Numbered from the stretch's first letter, positions 37,814 to 53,379 are shown. The stretch: DNA of 64,000 nucleotides from Paraspadella gotoi (GCA_051294375.1 CM119266.1:16300087-16364086); one strand, 5' to 3'. Notes: generated by a model not told the origin, from the letters alone. Numbers and translations are program-made.

Positions 37814-38403
37814 GCGTTCCTCTCTGCTCCTCCGCCGAATTCGATGGGGACTTTTCTCGATCGACGGTCGAGGAAAATGTCATCGTCAATCTGCCGGCCA
37901 ACGAGTGCGAGGAGCCAATTGCTGTCCACTTCAAGGTGATCATTTTTAATTTAATAACATTATCATTTTGGTATTATGTCGAATTTCAATGGCTCCTGCT
38001 CTTTTTTTTTAGATAAAATTCATCGAATGTTCCAAAGCTTCGACGCCTGTTGGCCGCGCACCGGGCAAGGTCTGTTACATTTCCTACAGCCTGAAGCCCG
38101 AAAACGCGGACACCGGCAAAGACTCTTCTGCCAAAGAATCCAGATCTAAAATCACCAGAGGTGAGTTTTCTTTTCATGTTTTAAGTAACGAAGTAAGGTT
38201 TGTGCGGGACATTTACTTTATTGTTTACCTTGTATATTTGTCGAAAAACTACGACAGCAAAGTCTCTTCGGCTCCGTCTAGACGCCATCACCGGATCGTT
38301 AGCTCTTTTTAATTTCCTCCGTCGCCTGACCTTCGATCGAAACCGTACCACCCGAAACGGCGATTCGCCGAATCGCCAGATGGCACCAAACTGCGTCCGA
38401 TGA
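37814..38403 (+). CDS. Candidate small spliced gene of unknown function, 5' end not found; exons 37814-37935, 38013-38160, 38258-38403
   Basis: Three GC-richer islands bounded by AG/GT sites join in one open frame (GVPLCSSAEFDGDF...VHFK / IKFIECSK...KITR / AKSLRLRLD...NCVR*). No recognisable domain and no start codon assigned. Confidence 0.35.
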
Positions 38404-41400
38404 CGAAAGTGGCGCCGCGTGAGTCGTGAACCGGCCGAGCGTGAATGGAAGGAATTTTTAGAGGAAGAAGGTTGGCCACGGAAATGGAATCATGGGTCAT
38501 AGACGAGAACCGAGAAGCACTATAATTGGCGTGGTAGAATCTGTGGTAGAATCTGGCATCCACTTTGCGGTTTTTTGTTGTTGTTGTTGTTTTTTTTTTT
38601 GTTTTGTTTTTTTTTTTTTTACTGCTTTTCTTTCCGGTTAATGCTACTCACGATAAGCTGGGAGAGAGACAGAGAGAGTGAGAGAGAGAATAAGCCGATG
38701 CCTAGCCAAAGTACGTAATAGGAAAAAAAGAAGTTGGGCCATAACCATAAACTAAGGGAAGCGGTGCACCGGTCGGTGGAGTTGGTCAAGCGTCGCGGCT
38801 CCTTCTCTCCCCCTCCGGCCCTCCCCCACCCCACCGACCGGCGTATTCCCGGTCGGCGCCGCCTAAACCTATCATTCAAGGCGCCGGATTGACCAAAACA
38901 CGCCGGGGCGAAACGAATGGCGCTGCCGGAAAAGCAGGGGAGTAAATTTCCGGGATTTACGATGAGATAGAAGGTCAAGGGGCTTGATTTCCCAGGCGCG
39001 AGCACATGCGGTGCTCTCCTCAATTCCTTTATTTTTCTTTTTTTTTTTCTTCTTTTTTTTTCTTTTTTTTTTCAATTTTTTTCTCTTCTCTCCTAGCCTT
39101 TTATTCTCTATCCCTGTTCTATCCTTTTTTTATACGTCTCGTGTTCTGTCAATCAGTCATTTTTCTTTCACCCTTCCCCAACTAATTTTCTTCCCACGCC
39201 CAACTTCACTTTTTCCTAAAGGTATGTGGTCAAAACTCGAAAGAATAGCTTCTTGGATGCCAAAAAGTGAAAAACAGAGACAAAGACAAAAACAGAGACA
39301 CAGATATCCTGACAGACACACAAAAAGAAAAAGGTTATCAGAATGTAAGGATGTATTATCCTGCGTTTAAAATAATGCGGACAGACCAGCTCTCGTGCGC
39401 TTTCGTTTTCACCCGCTCATTACTTAGAAATGATTCGCTCTCCGTCTCTATCTCTTTTCCCCTGTCGATATTAAAACATTTGCGGTGGATGTTTTTACGA
39501 TTACGGTTTTTTTTTTCTCTCGTGCATTTCGAGTTATTGCCTCTCAGAAGTAGATGAGGTTTCCGGCCAGGCGACTTAGGGATATGTAGAAAATTATCAA
39601 GGAAGGAAGAGAAAAGATGTGCCTGGAAATCTCAAATATTCTACTCTTTGTTTACCGGCTTGGTACTCGCAAATTTCTACTATTTGCGTCTAGTTTCTGG
39701 CTTTGCCGTCATGTTTGAATACTCTTTCCTGTTGTTACTTCGAGACACGTTCCCTTTCGAGCATTAGTCCTCTCTTTACACGCTCGTCTTCCTTCGTAAA
39801 TTCCTCCACCTTCTCCCTATCGCACTCCCCCTTTCCTCTTCGATCGTTAACGGTGAAAGACGCGAGACGTACCACTTTGTATAAAAGGTCAAGAGTTCGG
39901 TATAAATCTCTCGAAAAGAAAGGGGGTTTATGATTTTTGGCCACTCAGGTTCTGTCTTTCTCTCTCTTTCCACTCCATCTTTGGCTCGTACCCTTTAAAA
40001 CCCCGTTGAAACTTGGATCGGCTCGGAAGCCGCGTCAATGTCCTGATCTTATTTTCGGCAAAGTTTATGGTGTCCGTGAAACGGGCGGTCAACTCATAAA
40101 CAATGACTTAACGGAAAAGAAGAATAGAAGCTGCAGGAAGAGAGAAAGTGTGTGCTGTATAATCTAAAAGATATTTCATGCAGCATGCGGTTAAAATGTA
40201 GTGAAATTTTGCGTGGTTGATCAATGATCATAATCCATATTCATAATCCTTGTTATCCATATTCGATAGTTGTTTAACGATTTAACCACTGTTTCGCATT
40301 CTTTGTTCGATTTTATCGAATGTGCATGGAAAAAAATGAGGGCTCGTTCGTGATGGCAGTTTTTCCTTGTTGGGGTTTTTGCTTCGTATTTTCCACGTTT
40401 CCATAAATCCTTGAAAAGCGGAAATTGGTTTCAAAGGTCTTTCGTGGCAGACGGTGCGAAGGCTGTGGACTAAAGAGGAGGTGTGGAAAGAGAAGCCTAG
40501 AAGGGCAAAGGATGTCTGCGTTGTTATCTTGCTGTCAAAAAAACTTTTCTTGATTGCCCCCCCAAAAAAACAAAAAAACAATTTGTATAATAATTATATG
40601 TATAATATTTTGGTTACTCTTCTAACGAATGCATCCAGTTCTCCGAATTCGTCTTAGCGCCATTTTTTTTTCTATTGTGAAAAAATGTTTTTCCCGGCCA
40701 CGAGGTCGCTCGAGGGCAGGTGCGAGAAGGGTAGAGGCCACAGGTGCCGCAAGGCCAAAATGGTCAACTCATATTCATAAACAACGCGAAAAAAAAAGAA
40801 AACTTGGGCATTAGCTTCTTGGAACTGAAAAGAATGTGAAAGTAGTTGCAGTAGAAAGTATTGAGGGTTTTGATTAAGACGCGGGCTTGTGACACCATTT
40901 CTTTAAGTATAATTCGAAGATTTCAGAATACTTTATTAAACAAAACGCATCGTCGACATTTGCGCAAACCCTCATACTATTTCCTTCCTCTTACATATTT
41001 GAGATTCCCTGGTGATCTCGTTCCTCATTCTTTTTTCATTCATCAGAACTCATAACCGTCCTTTCGCTTCATCGAATCTCGGCGGATTTCCGAAAATCCT
41101 TTGTCTTAAGACAAAGTTAAGTAGAGACAAAGACATAATTTCGAGGACTCGTGATTTACGACGCGACGAAATCTCGCTGGGTTTCATTCGACGTTGGACC
41201 ACTCGTGAGAAATTTAATGCCACCACAAGATCACGTCGACGCGTCAGTGGAAAAAAATGACATAAGGGAAATAAAATTTTGTGATTTTTTTTTTCTGATT
41301 CTTTATTAAGAAAAAATGCCATTCTTTTTCTCTCTCTCCAAACCAGGGGTTAATTTCAATGTACTTCATCCCGTTTCGATGACGCAGTTCCAATTGGAAG

Positions 41401-42351
41401 TTCAAATTTCAAAATGCTCTCTTTACTGACGTCAATCCTTTCGCGAAAGATTTTACCAATTACAATCTCCGATGAGAGATAACCCGGAACTTGGAAGTAA
41501 TATGTTAGCTTTTCACCTTGTATCCTTGATACTCTTCAAGTGAATGCCATTCTTATCTCTCTCTCTCTTCTTTTCTTGAGCGCCTGAGGAACAGAATATT
41601 TACGGAATGCGTTTTTTTGGCATCGGGACTGACGTTAACGTCATGTCTTTTCTGCCAAAATTATCACTAATTTTTTGTTCAGTTTAATTTTTTTTTTTTT
41701 AATTGAAGCCATCTTATCTGTAAAATTTAATGACGGCGACAGCAATAATAATAATAATAGATTAATATTTAGCCTGAACCGCCAATGCTGCACGTGAGTT
41801 TGATTTAAAAAAAAAAAAGACCAAAGATTGTAAACAAAAAATCAAATGAATATCAACTGTTAAAGAATAACAGGTTAGTCCGCTTCTTTGTTGGTTACTT
41901 AACAAACCCTTCCTTAGGATAGCTAATATAATTACAACTAAAAATAATATTTAATCCATTGAATCATATTCTTGTCACGTGTCAGTTAGATACTGTTACT
42001 ATTGCTGCTCCAAACTGACCAATGACGATTGGTCGCTGGCCAGTGATAACTCAAAACTGCCCAGTGCCCACTCCCCACTTCTCGGCGGCATTCTTTTCTA
42101 TTGTCTGATTCCGACCAGAAATAATTTTGTTTACCTTCTTTGCTTCGGCCTTTCCCTCCGCCCATAAATTCTGGCCGGCCTGGCGAGCGCCAAACGGTTT
42201 TTCCCGGTCCGTAAAGGACGACCGAAGAAGGAATATATATATCGACTTTTTTCCTTTATTTGTTGGTCCACAATCCTGCACGCGCTTTCCAATTTACGTC
42301 TCGACGTTTTTGTTGCGAGCGCAAAGACTCTCGCCAGCGGCACTTCGCGTT

Positions 42352-42361
42352 NNNNNNNNNN
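42352..42361. other. Assembly gap (10 N)
   Basis: Run of n. ccag(c/t)ggcacttcgcgtt occurs on both sides of the gap. Confidence 0.99.
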
Positions 42362-43037
42362 AAAAAGAACCGTGTCTCTCCAGTGGCACTTCGCGTTTTA
42401 GTTACTCGGTTGCAGTAAGAAAGAAAAGACGGCATTTCCCGCGCATTCGCCGGATTCGACGGCTTCATTTAAAGACGCGCAGCAAATCCACGCCACGTGT
42501 TCGCTCCTCCTTCGCCTTTCAATACACTTCTGACTCCCAAACCCCTCTGCACACTGTTAGCCTCCCCATATTTTCTTTCGGGTCTTAAAATCATGGGGTT
42601 TATTTCCTATTTTACGGTCGGCTTTGAAGAAGAGCCGTTCCCGCGCATTTGACCAAGGGGGATTTTTTGTTTGGGAAAGGTTTTTTTTTCTTTTTTCGAA
42701 GGGGCAAGAAATATCCGAGTGGGTGGGGTTGTGTGTTCTAAGCTTTAAAGGGTGTTTGCGGTAATAAGTTTGTTTTGTGGCGACGGGGCTTAAATTTGAG
42801 AAGGCGCTTGGGACGAAAGGAGCGAGGGAACGTTTCCATGATTTCTCTTTTCTTATTCCTCCTCCTGCTCTGGTTTTCAATTTTGGCCTCGCTCCTTCCT
42901 CCTTTCCTTTTTTGCTTCCTCCCTTATTTGGTTTGACCTCCTAGTAAGGGCACCGCCCTTGCGGCGCCCTTTTCCCGCCCTTTGCGTAAAGCGGGCTCGC
43001 GTTTCCACGCAAAAACCTGTTTTAACGCTTTAATTCA

Positions 43038-43082
<45 letters not shown>

Positions 43083-43830
43083 ACGCCCGCGCACGTATGC
43101 ACGCACTTTTCATCGCTGTCACGCCCTCCCCTCTCGCCAAACACACTTTCCTCTTTGCCCCCTCCGACCGATTTCCATTTCACGAAATCGAATTTTGAGT
43201 TTCGGCAAAACCGAGATTCGAATTTCCTTTTGCGTCGAACGCGATCCCTTTCTCGTGTTGGGATCGAAAGCTTCGCCGGAAAGTCGCTTAGCAGGCCGCT
43301 CCGCCTCTCCACGGTCACCGTCTCTTTCCCCCGGTTTCGTATTTTCGGTCGGACGATGAAATAAGAAATAAAATCGCGACGAAAAAAGGCTAGAAAATGG
43401 TAAAATTCTGTGTCTGTCACGAATGGGGAAACGCGAGGAGGGGAATAAAAGTCCCTGACGGCGTTGGATTTTCGTCATCGACGAATAATCTTCGCGTTCG
43501 TCGTATTTTCATAAAAATTGTGTATTATACATAAGTATATAATACATAAGTAAAAAAATAATACATTTTCTTGATAAATTGAGCCGGAAACTATTGATGA
43601 AGGATCGAAACACGTTTCTCAACCGAAACTGCGCTCGTGATAAGTCTCAGCATGGCGGAAATAGAGTGTCTGTTTTTTTTTTCTTTTGTGCGCGAAAGAT
43701 GATCCATCGTCTGGACGCGAGCGGCGTTATGGCCAGGTTGTCTGTGGGGGTGGGCGCAGTTATTATTCAAGCGTCTTTGTAACGTTATTATATGTTATGA
43801 ATATCTTAAATCGCCTGGCTGATTTTTTCT

Positions 43831-43865
<35 letters not shown>

Positions 43866-46783
43866 CACACACACACACTCCTTTCGAGCTTAAAATTATC
43901 CATTATTCCCATTCATGCAAATGTCGAATTCCACTTTTAAAAATTTCCTTCTGTATTTCTCTCTATACTTATCTCCCTTTCAGCCTTCAGCTCGTAAAGT
44001 TGTAAACATGTACCTCTATTCTTCACTTTTCCAATAGCGTTTCGTTGCAGAAAAAATATGTGAAAAGATTCTGATATAGATATATCCTGACAGTCGAGAT
44101 TTGCTAACCATAATGCAACACTGGACCTGTCTCCTAATCGACATTTTTTTGTTTTCTTTTCTTTGTTTTTGTTTTGTTTTGTTTTTTCACCATAAGTATT
44201 TATTTTTATGAGCTGGGTTCGGTCTTATATGTAATCCAATTTTTAAAAAAATTTCCCGCCCTTCGGACTAAGTTATTCGGTACTACCTACTATTTCAAAA
44301 CTTTTTTTCTTTTTAAACTGAAATTTCATTTTCTTCTTCGAAAGCAATTTACTATTTTCATCCCTCCAAAAATTTGATATTTTACCCTTTGTATCTTTTA
44401 CTTCCTTTTTTATGGTCGGAATGATAATTCAATAGTGGGAGAAACTCAGAAAGAGGAGGAAGAAGTTGGAAGCTCTTGGCTAATGGTTATCAGATATACA
44501 AGTATAACAGTTTCTTCCGCTGTGTTAAACCTGACCTCATCTATCGCGCGCGCTCGCTCGAACTTCAGCGGCCTGGACGGTGGAGGGTGAGGGGTGATTC
44601 GAGGGGGTGACCGGGTTAAGGGCGGTTCGGGTAGAAGGAATATGTTACAGGGGTAAAAGTAATGGTGGGTGGTAGTGGTAATTAACCAGCGGGCATTAAG
44701 ATTGCAAATTAGTCAATAGTCTATATATTATATATATTATATTTTATATATGAGTTTAATACAAACCGTCACAGGAATTAGTCAACTTTGTGAGATTTCT
44801 GTTGTGACCTTTTTTATTTAACTGAGCTGCTTACTACTTGAGGTGAGTCGTTTAATGACTATATCTGAGAGACTGTGTAGGTGAGTCTTGCGCCGCTCGG
44901 GTCGCCTTGCAGCGGATGGGAAGTCGGATGATTACGATCTGGGGGAGAAAATGATGACGACGACGCCGTCCATCCCGAACGTCTTCGACGATAATCACGA
45001 CGACGATGACCCCGCAAAACAAGTGACCCGAAAGAAAGCCAATGATGCGCTACCGCGGCAACGTCGACCACGACAATATGTAGACGATAAGGACGACGAC
45101 GACGACGAAGGCATCCCGGATCTTTTTTATCCGGAAAGCGGAAATAAAGTATCCAAGCGGCCAAAAATTACCCTTCATCCTTCGCTTTCAACGCTAAAAT
45201 ATTCATCTTACCCTCTTGGCTCTCTCCCAGACAATTTTTTCCCCTCATTTTTATTTTCATTATTTGCTTTATCTTCTTCACTCCTTTATGCATGCGGACA
45301 GATGTAAGTTGGACAGATTTTTTTGCCGCAATGATATTCTAGAAACACGTCTCGGTAATGGCGTTTTTTTCTTTGCTGTCCTCCCATAATATTTCTTTTC
45401 TGCCCTTAAAATTTAGATTTCGTCTCTACGTACTCTGCTACATTTCTTATTTACGTATACGTATTCCTTTTATCCTTATTATAAACTTCTATTTTATACT
45501 TCTTTCTGCCCCGTTCAACTTCTCATTCCATACCCTCGTCACCCTGACCTTCCTCCGTTTCCTTCCCGGCCCGAGGTCCTGAGGTTCAAGACCTTTCCGC
45601 GTTATTTCGCTTTCATTTCGTCACGTGACTGTTTTTCTCTTTTGTTATAATCGTCGTCATCATGATCGTCGTCACGACCATCTTCTTTTTCAAACTTGTA
45701 ACATTACTCTATTTATTTGATTTTGATTTCGTAACTCTATCGCTACCCCAACCAAGAAGCCAAATCTCCTCACCAACACTCCCAATATTTCACCCTTTCA
45801 GTTATACCCCCACACATGCTATTTCTCACCCTCCTCCCACCCTGTCCGGAAATCGTTTCTATCCCTTTGACCTCGTAACTTTTCCTTAGTGACCGTTTGA
45901 TTTCAGATCATTAACTTCGCATCTTCTTTCTTTCCCTCCTTTTCTTTCCCCGAATTTTCTTTTTGTTTATCTTTTTTTTTATAAAAGCTTGATAAAATGT
46001 ATTGAAGCTATTCGAGCGCCACTATTAACAATTCTCCAGTTGCCTCTTGTCCGCAGTCTTTGCCATATAACAATTAGATATAGTACTTAATGCCGGGTCT
46101 TTTTTTTTATTTCGTAATCGTCGTCATCAACCAGGAAACATTAGTCATTATTTAAAAATACACACCTTTTCAAGACTTGACAATTTAGTTCCGGAATCTA
46201 ATTCACTCTCGAGCGGATCATTTTTCTCTTTCTCTTTCTCCATTTTTCATTCTCCATTTTTAAGGTGACTTTTACGGTTCTTGAGTTCTTTCGTTCTGTT
46301 AATAATTCTTTAAAATATTTATATACAGTATGCTGTATATATGTATTTCGTATTTTTTGAATCTCCACGCTCTATATTTACATATTGAGTTTATTTACTT
46401 TTCTGTTCCTTTTTTTCTTAACCTTTTCTTTCTCGAAAACGTTTCCCGTTCCCCCTCAAAGTCAACTCAGCTCTTCCTCACTTAAACTCTCTTCTTCCTT
46501 TCTAAGAATCGGTCTCCACAACAAACCCTTTTCTTCTCTCTACTTTTTTTATCCGTTTTGGCGCGACTTCAAACCCCATGGAAGGCGAAAGCAACCTAAG
46601 ACTTTAATCCTTCTCCGGTTTACATCCTTCTCGGCTAATCTCACGTTCGCGAGAGTGCTTCTTCACGGGTCTAATTTTTGGACAACGTTCCAGTTACGAA
46701 AAAATTGTTTCTTTTAATAAAGATATAGGATATTTATTGTTATTCATGCTTTTAATTCGCGTTCTAAATATCACTGCGTTTCT

Positions 46784-46838
<55 letters not shown>

Positions 46839-49800
46839 GCCCCAAGGTGCCGCCATCTTCCGGTCTGGTCAGTGGTCACATCTCCTGTTTCTTCCAAATT
46901 CTTAGCAAAAAATTAATACAGAATATATGAAGTTAATTTTCACAGCTTTTCATACTACGGATTGTTTCAGTACCCTTGGTCTTGTACGTTGACAATCGAA
47001 CTTTTTCGGGTTAAACCGACTGGGTTCGATTTTCGATAATGTGTCCAAAATCTAAAACGCTCTTCAAAATCTGGCAACCAATCAGGGAGTTGTCACACAT
47101 TGTCTCGATTGAAAAAGGACGTGAAAAAAAGGGGAGAGATGGAAAGAAAGAAAGTTTGATATTAAGGTGAAAGGAGGAAGAGGAGAAGAAAAACCCGCTG
47201 TCGTGAGTTGAGACAGGAACGAAGAAACCTGAGGAAAACGGAAAGAACGTGAGGAAGGAACGGAGGAAAAGAGGCGGAGGAGGAAGAAGAAGAGAGGTCG
47301 GCCCCTTTTGCCGCGGCGCGGGGAATATCGATCCGAAGTTCGCCCAGAGTCGAGACTCGAGAGAGAAAAAGGGAACCGCCAATTCGTCCACCATCTTTTT
47401 ACTTTCAGGATTTAGTGATTACTAATTAGTGAAGTCACTTCAGATGTGTTACATTTTCGGATTCCGTTTTTTTTTCTCTCTCTCTTAAAAATGGTTTGTA
47501 ATATTACAGTCAAAAATTAATTAGTTTTACAACTTCTTCATTTTTTCTTGTTTTTTCATTATTACTCATAATAAAGGTTACTAGTTATTCGCCACTCTAC
47601 GACTTACGAGGTACTTGCGGTCTTTGGAGGAGCTTGTTCGATGACGACTAAAGTTGCGAATTTATAAACGTGAGAAAAGAAATACGTTTTATTGACTTGA
47701 TAAAATTGTATTTATTTTTATAAAAAAAAGGAATTTTATACATCAAATTTTATGTTTTGGCAATGTTTTTGAACCGAATAATGTGCCATTTCGAGGGTAA
47801 ATTTTGAACGTGTGAAGAGCCACTTTTTTCCATCACCACCAATACGACGTCGCTGGACAGAACAGAAGCTAACTTTCCAATTTCCATTTTTCTTTTTTAA
47901 CCTTTTTTAAACGGCATCGGCCTCTCACAACACTTTCTTTCTTTACTATTTCTTTTTAGACTCTAAAGGGGAAAAAATTACCATTTCAAACGTTTTTCTT
48001 CTTTCTGTTTAAACTTTTTGGGGTTCATTTTAGAGGTCATTTCAAGGGCAAAAGGGGAACCGAAAGGCCTTTGGGAAAGGAAGAAAAAGGAGGGAAAGCA
48101 AAGAATTATTTTCCGTGACAACTTTGTGGACATGCAGGGACGCATAATACATTTTACGTTAGCGAGAAAGAAAAAAAGAAAGAAAGATTGATCAATTTAA
48201 AGTTGCGATTGATTAAATTGTCCTCATAACAATCAGAGGTTTAAATAGAATACCTTGGATGTTGGAAAAAGAATTATAACCTTGTTTTCAATGACAACAC
48301 GAAAAAAATATCTTAAAAATCGATTCTTTTTTACTCGAATTACGAGGCCATTTAACGCCTCTCCTACTCACCTAAACGCATTCCAACTACTTCGAAAACT
48401 TTCTTGCTTTATTTCGTTCATCTTTTTTATTTTCTTTTCAATTCTTTTTTTTTTTACTTTATATATGGTTATTATATATAAAAACATTTATTAATTTATT
48501 TTTATTTTATTATCTTGTTGTTTTTTATTGTTGAAGTGCAAGTTCTATTATTTTTATGAAATAAACTCCTCATTATGAACTGATTTTTTTAAGACTCGGT
48601 TAAAATTAGGTTAATTCAATACATTCATTCAATTACATTCTGTTGGTCGCCGCATCATTGTTCTCTGATGTCTCCCTCCCTTTCCATTTCGTTTCACCTC
48701 AGCTCTAACCTCCATTTTCGTCCCACCTTCTTTCGCGTGGGCTGTCGCCCTCCTTCGGCCAGCAGACGCTTCTTTACTACGCAAACCTCATCATCGACTC
48801 GAATATGCAAATGAGATTTTTATTCTCTCTATCTCTCACGCCACGGCCCCGATTTTTCCCATCACAATTTCTTCCACTTTGATGGACACGACGGGATTTT
48901 TTTTTTTTTTTTTTTTGAGGGACGTTGAACTTGATCCTTGAAGATGCGGGGGAATATGGAATATAGATGGCGACTGGGGATCGCGTCTAAGTCCGTCCGT
49001 CAATCTTCAATCTCGGATGTCGAGTCGCGGCGTTTCACCTGTTGAACTTGAAGTCAGTCCTCGCTGCGACACCTCAAATAATTTCGAAAGGCCATCAAAA
49101 CACGATCTTTCTTCGATACCCACTCGATTTAATCAAAACTCGGGTAGTTGGGTAATAGGTATTTTGATTATTTGTTTGTTTGTTAGGTATTTCTATAATT
49201 GTTTGCTTGTTTGTTTGTTCGTTTTGCATACAAATTTGATTTCAAGCAGATGTAAATTTTTTTATCTTTCCGAAAGTCGCTTGCTTGTAAAAAATGATGC
49301 TGCGTCTTTTTTTTTCACACTTCCCTTTTACGTCTAGTATTTCTTATTTATTTTTTCCCCTTTATCCTTCGTCGCTTTTCAGGGTGACGGCCAATTGCGA
49401 TACTTTAGTTCAGTAACGAAAAGGTCAGCGAAAGAAAGGGGGAGATAATGCTCGGACCGATTATCCTTATTGGTGAGAAGGATGGCTCGAGGATGATGCC
49501 AGATTTTGTTCTCCCTATCGATTCTCTCTCTCTCTCTGTCTCTCTCTCTCTCAACAACTTTCTTTTCCTTTTTTGCAAATCGATTTTTCCTTTGGCTGTG
49601 TAATCGTTCTTTCACTCCCACCGTCTTTTTGGCTCTTCTACTTTTTTCGACCTCCTGTTCAACCCTTTCTCTCTCTCCCCCCCATTTATTTCATCTCTTC
49701 TTTGAAAAAAATCTCATTTTTCCTCCCCTTATTCCTTGTCGGTTATTTGGATTAATTTTTATTTACTGTTTAAAAATGTCCCTGAATTAAGATGTGGGCG

Positions 49801-49881
49801 AACATCTTGTGTGTCACGATATACAAATGTTGCTCTCATTCCCGTGTCCATTTATTATTATGTTGGTCTCTTTTTCTTTTT

Positions 49882-49933
<52 letters not shown>

Positions 49934-52900
49934 TCTCTCTCTCTCTCTCCCCCTCCCCCCGCTTTTCCCAGATCTCCTTCTGAGGCCCCACGACAATCTT
50001 CCTTGCCTCTATTATGCGCTGACGAGTCGGTAAATTGCTTTATAACATCCTCCTTTCTTTGGCTATCTTTCTTGTCCTCTCTTTTAACTCTTTTTTTCTT
50101 CCGCCATCTCTCTCTTTTTATCAAGGGAGAAGATGGCATATTTTACATTTCGCCTATCCAAATGGAATTTAATGACATTTTATTATTTCTCATTCAATTA
50201 ACATTTGTTTTTGCTTGTCAGTTTTTCTGTCAGCTGCGTTCCATGTTTCATGTTTGAATATCGGTTTTCTAGTTTTTGTACTCGTAACTTGTCGGCTCCT
50301 TTTCTGTCGGCTTCCCCGATGCTCGTCCTCATCGCACTTTTCCTTTTCTGGTCGCTTATATACAACTTAACGCCCCCCTTTTTCCAATTAAGCTCTTACT
50401 CTTCGGCCTTCCCTAGTTTCTTGCCGAATCTTCTTCTCGATTTCCATTTCCTTTACCTTTTGTTCGCTGATTCTCCGGACGCCGTGGAGGAGAAAGCGTC
50501 TCTGGCGGAAGAAACCGGAAGCGAAATGGCTACGAGAGAAGCTTGAGAGGGGGCGGGTGTTAGAAAGAAAATGCAAGAAAGAGGGGGGAAGGAAGAGGAG
50601 CAAAAAGAAGAAGCGAGAGGAAATATCTTTTTTAACCGAAACGAAAGAAAGAAAGAAAGGTAAAGATAAAAAGAATGAAAAAGATATATATAAAAAAAAG
50701 AAAGCAAGGGCGTATGAAGAAAAAAAAGAAACAAGAAAGGCTGGCGAGAATGATGAAACTTAAAAATTTTCAGAAGGTCAGAGGTCAAAAATCGGAGTCG
50801 AGGATGAGGCAGCAAAACGGGAATCGTCTGGCAAAAATCAAAGGGAAATCAACGGAAAAAGTTCTTGTTGTTCCGAAGTTTTTCGTTTTGTGTTTATAGG
50901 AATCCGATGACCGAGACTCTCGGCGAGAGCGCGTCCCTTGTTTGCGAGGCCTTCTATTCTTCCGATTTTCGGGGGCGTTTTTTATCCCTTCGTCCTGCCA
51001 ACTGCCTTTTCGTTGAGTTCACCGAGATTTCTACTTTAGATAGAAGTCTAAACTCTTTGATGTAAATGACAACAACAAGGGCCCTGATATCTTTCGTTTA
51101 AGACTGCTTTGGACCCTGTAGTGTTTTTTAAACTTACATAATGCATACTCCCATTTGAGTTATTACCCAAAATATCAAATGAAAATTTAATCTAAATAGT
51201 GATTGCATGAGTTCTGTTTCATTTCGTCAAGCTTACGACTATGTTACCCTTACTTGTCCGATCGTATTTTCGTCTTAGCTTTTCTCCCACACACTCTCTC
51301 TCTATCTCTCTCTCTCTCTCTCCGCCCGCTTTGGAAAAGGGATGACGGATTTTTGGCCAGGGAAAAACTTCGGGTCTCGTTAACATTTTCCCCGCGTGAT
51401 GGATGAGACGAATTTAAGCCTGGAGGATTGGAAGATGGGAGGGAGGAGGAAAAGGTTGTGGTGAGATGGGATGAAGAAAAATCGGAGGAAAAGAGAAAAG
51501 ATTAACTAGAAAAAGAAGACGGGGGAAAAGAGGGAGACGAGTGAAAAAAAAGGGGGAAAAAAGCGCGGCGAGGGAGAGCGATGAACGCGAGAGATAAGAA
51601 GAAAAATGAAGGGAGTATGAAAGATGAAAGAGAGATGAAGAGAAGAAGTCGTTAAAAATCTCTTCCTCATGTCCGTATCGAGGGACTCGGGAGGGAAAAT
51701 CACCGAAAGATGGAGACTCTAGCGCCTTCAACGATGTCGCTGGCTCGTGAATGGATCGAGTACTGGGGAATACGAGGTTGTTGATCGTATTCATGTTTCG
51801 TGAGGGGTTCTGAAATTGTATTTTTGAAATTCAGAACGAAAGGGAACTATTTTTGTTTTTGATAGGATCATTTAAACTCATTCTCCGCCCCGGCAACTTG
51901 TTCTTGTGACCAACATTGCTTTTTTCTCCTTTGCTTATCTCTTGGATTTTTTCTGTCTCGCCACCGATTTGTCTTTTCTCGTTCCTTTGTCTTCTTAACC
52001 TCCTGATCCTTAGAAAAAGATTTTTCCTGTCTTCACCTCACTTTTTTTCATCAAAAGTTAAGAACTGAAATGGTATATATAAAACTATATATATATTACT
52101 ATTCTATGACTAAAAATGCTAGCTTTTCCCATATTTCTGTTTTACAAGTGTTTTTTTTTTCTATCTCTGACCTTCGCCTTCTCTTACGCGGTTTCACACT
52201 CAATCTAGTCTCAGTAATCTTCTATTTTCACAGTTTTCACTCCATCGCCCACTCCTTCAACCCACTCAGTCCACCAACCTCACTTCCAAGCATCTCCCTC
52301 GTCATTTTTCCTTCTTCAGATTTTCTTCCGGTTCTGCTTTCTTCGTATCGCCTCGTCATCTTGTCCCTCCTCTGCCAATTAGCTTATCTCTCTTCTCCCT
52401 TTCCCCCCCCCTCAACTTTTGTCTCAACTTTTTGTCTGCTCTCTGGCTTACGGATTTTTTTGTTGTTAAGCTTACAGTCGGTATGATACATAATAAAAAG
52501 AATTAGAAGATTTTTTTCTAATTTACGATGAACTTGATAATTTCATTCCTCTTAATTTTTGTTTATATATATGTACAAATTAAATTTTCAGTTCTCAGTG
52601 GGTTCGTGAGAATGATCGCCGAAATAACTTACTAATTTAAATACAAATTTGCATAATTTTTAAAACGACTGTTCGTTGTAGAATATTAATGTTACGTACA
52701 TATCTGCGTTTGTCATTGGCACAAATCTAAACATTTCACTTGTCGCGACGGTTAAATTAATATATTGTTATAAAATATTTTCGAAAATTAACAAGAAAGA
52801 CAGAAACTGGGATTTAAACAGTAATTACGTCCTGTAACGAAGCCCTTGTCCGTTAAATTAAAACTAAAACTTTTAGAAAAAGAAGCATCAGGAAGGATCT

Positions 52901-53379
52901 CAATAAGATGTCTTTTGTTAGCAGAGAGGCCTCGCATCGGGAAAAAGTGAAAGTTGTGGAAACATAAGAGCGGCGAAAATTCCGAGGAAAAAAATGTTCA
53001 AAGGTATTATAAAATTTAAATTATTATACAAATAGATATGATCAAAATAAATGAATATACAAGTTTTTTTCTTGCCATTTGCCCCTTAGTTACTAATTTT
53101 TTTATGAAGCTTGTTCTTGTTTTAAGAACATGGCCAAAAAGAATTTGTATCCAATCTTGAAAATTAACTATTTCGTCTCTTAAATAACAAATCCGAAATT
53201 ATAAACAGATAATAATATTTAATTATTAAAAGGTAGTAGCCACAATTACTTTCTTTTTGATAACCAGTTTTAATTTTCTTAATAAAGATTGTTCGCTTCA
53301 AATCTCGGTATAATGGTGTATTTTTGTTCAAACGTAACTTTATTTAACACTTAAAACAAATTTAATCAAAACTAAAAAC

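Noticed and set aside
44888-45170. Asp-rich ORF resembling a coding exon
   Set aside because: Built largely from (GAC)n-type low complexity that is common in non-coding DNA here; no linked exons or domain found.
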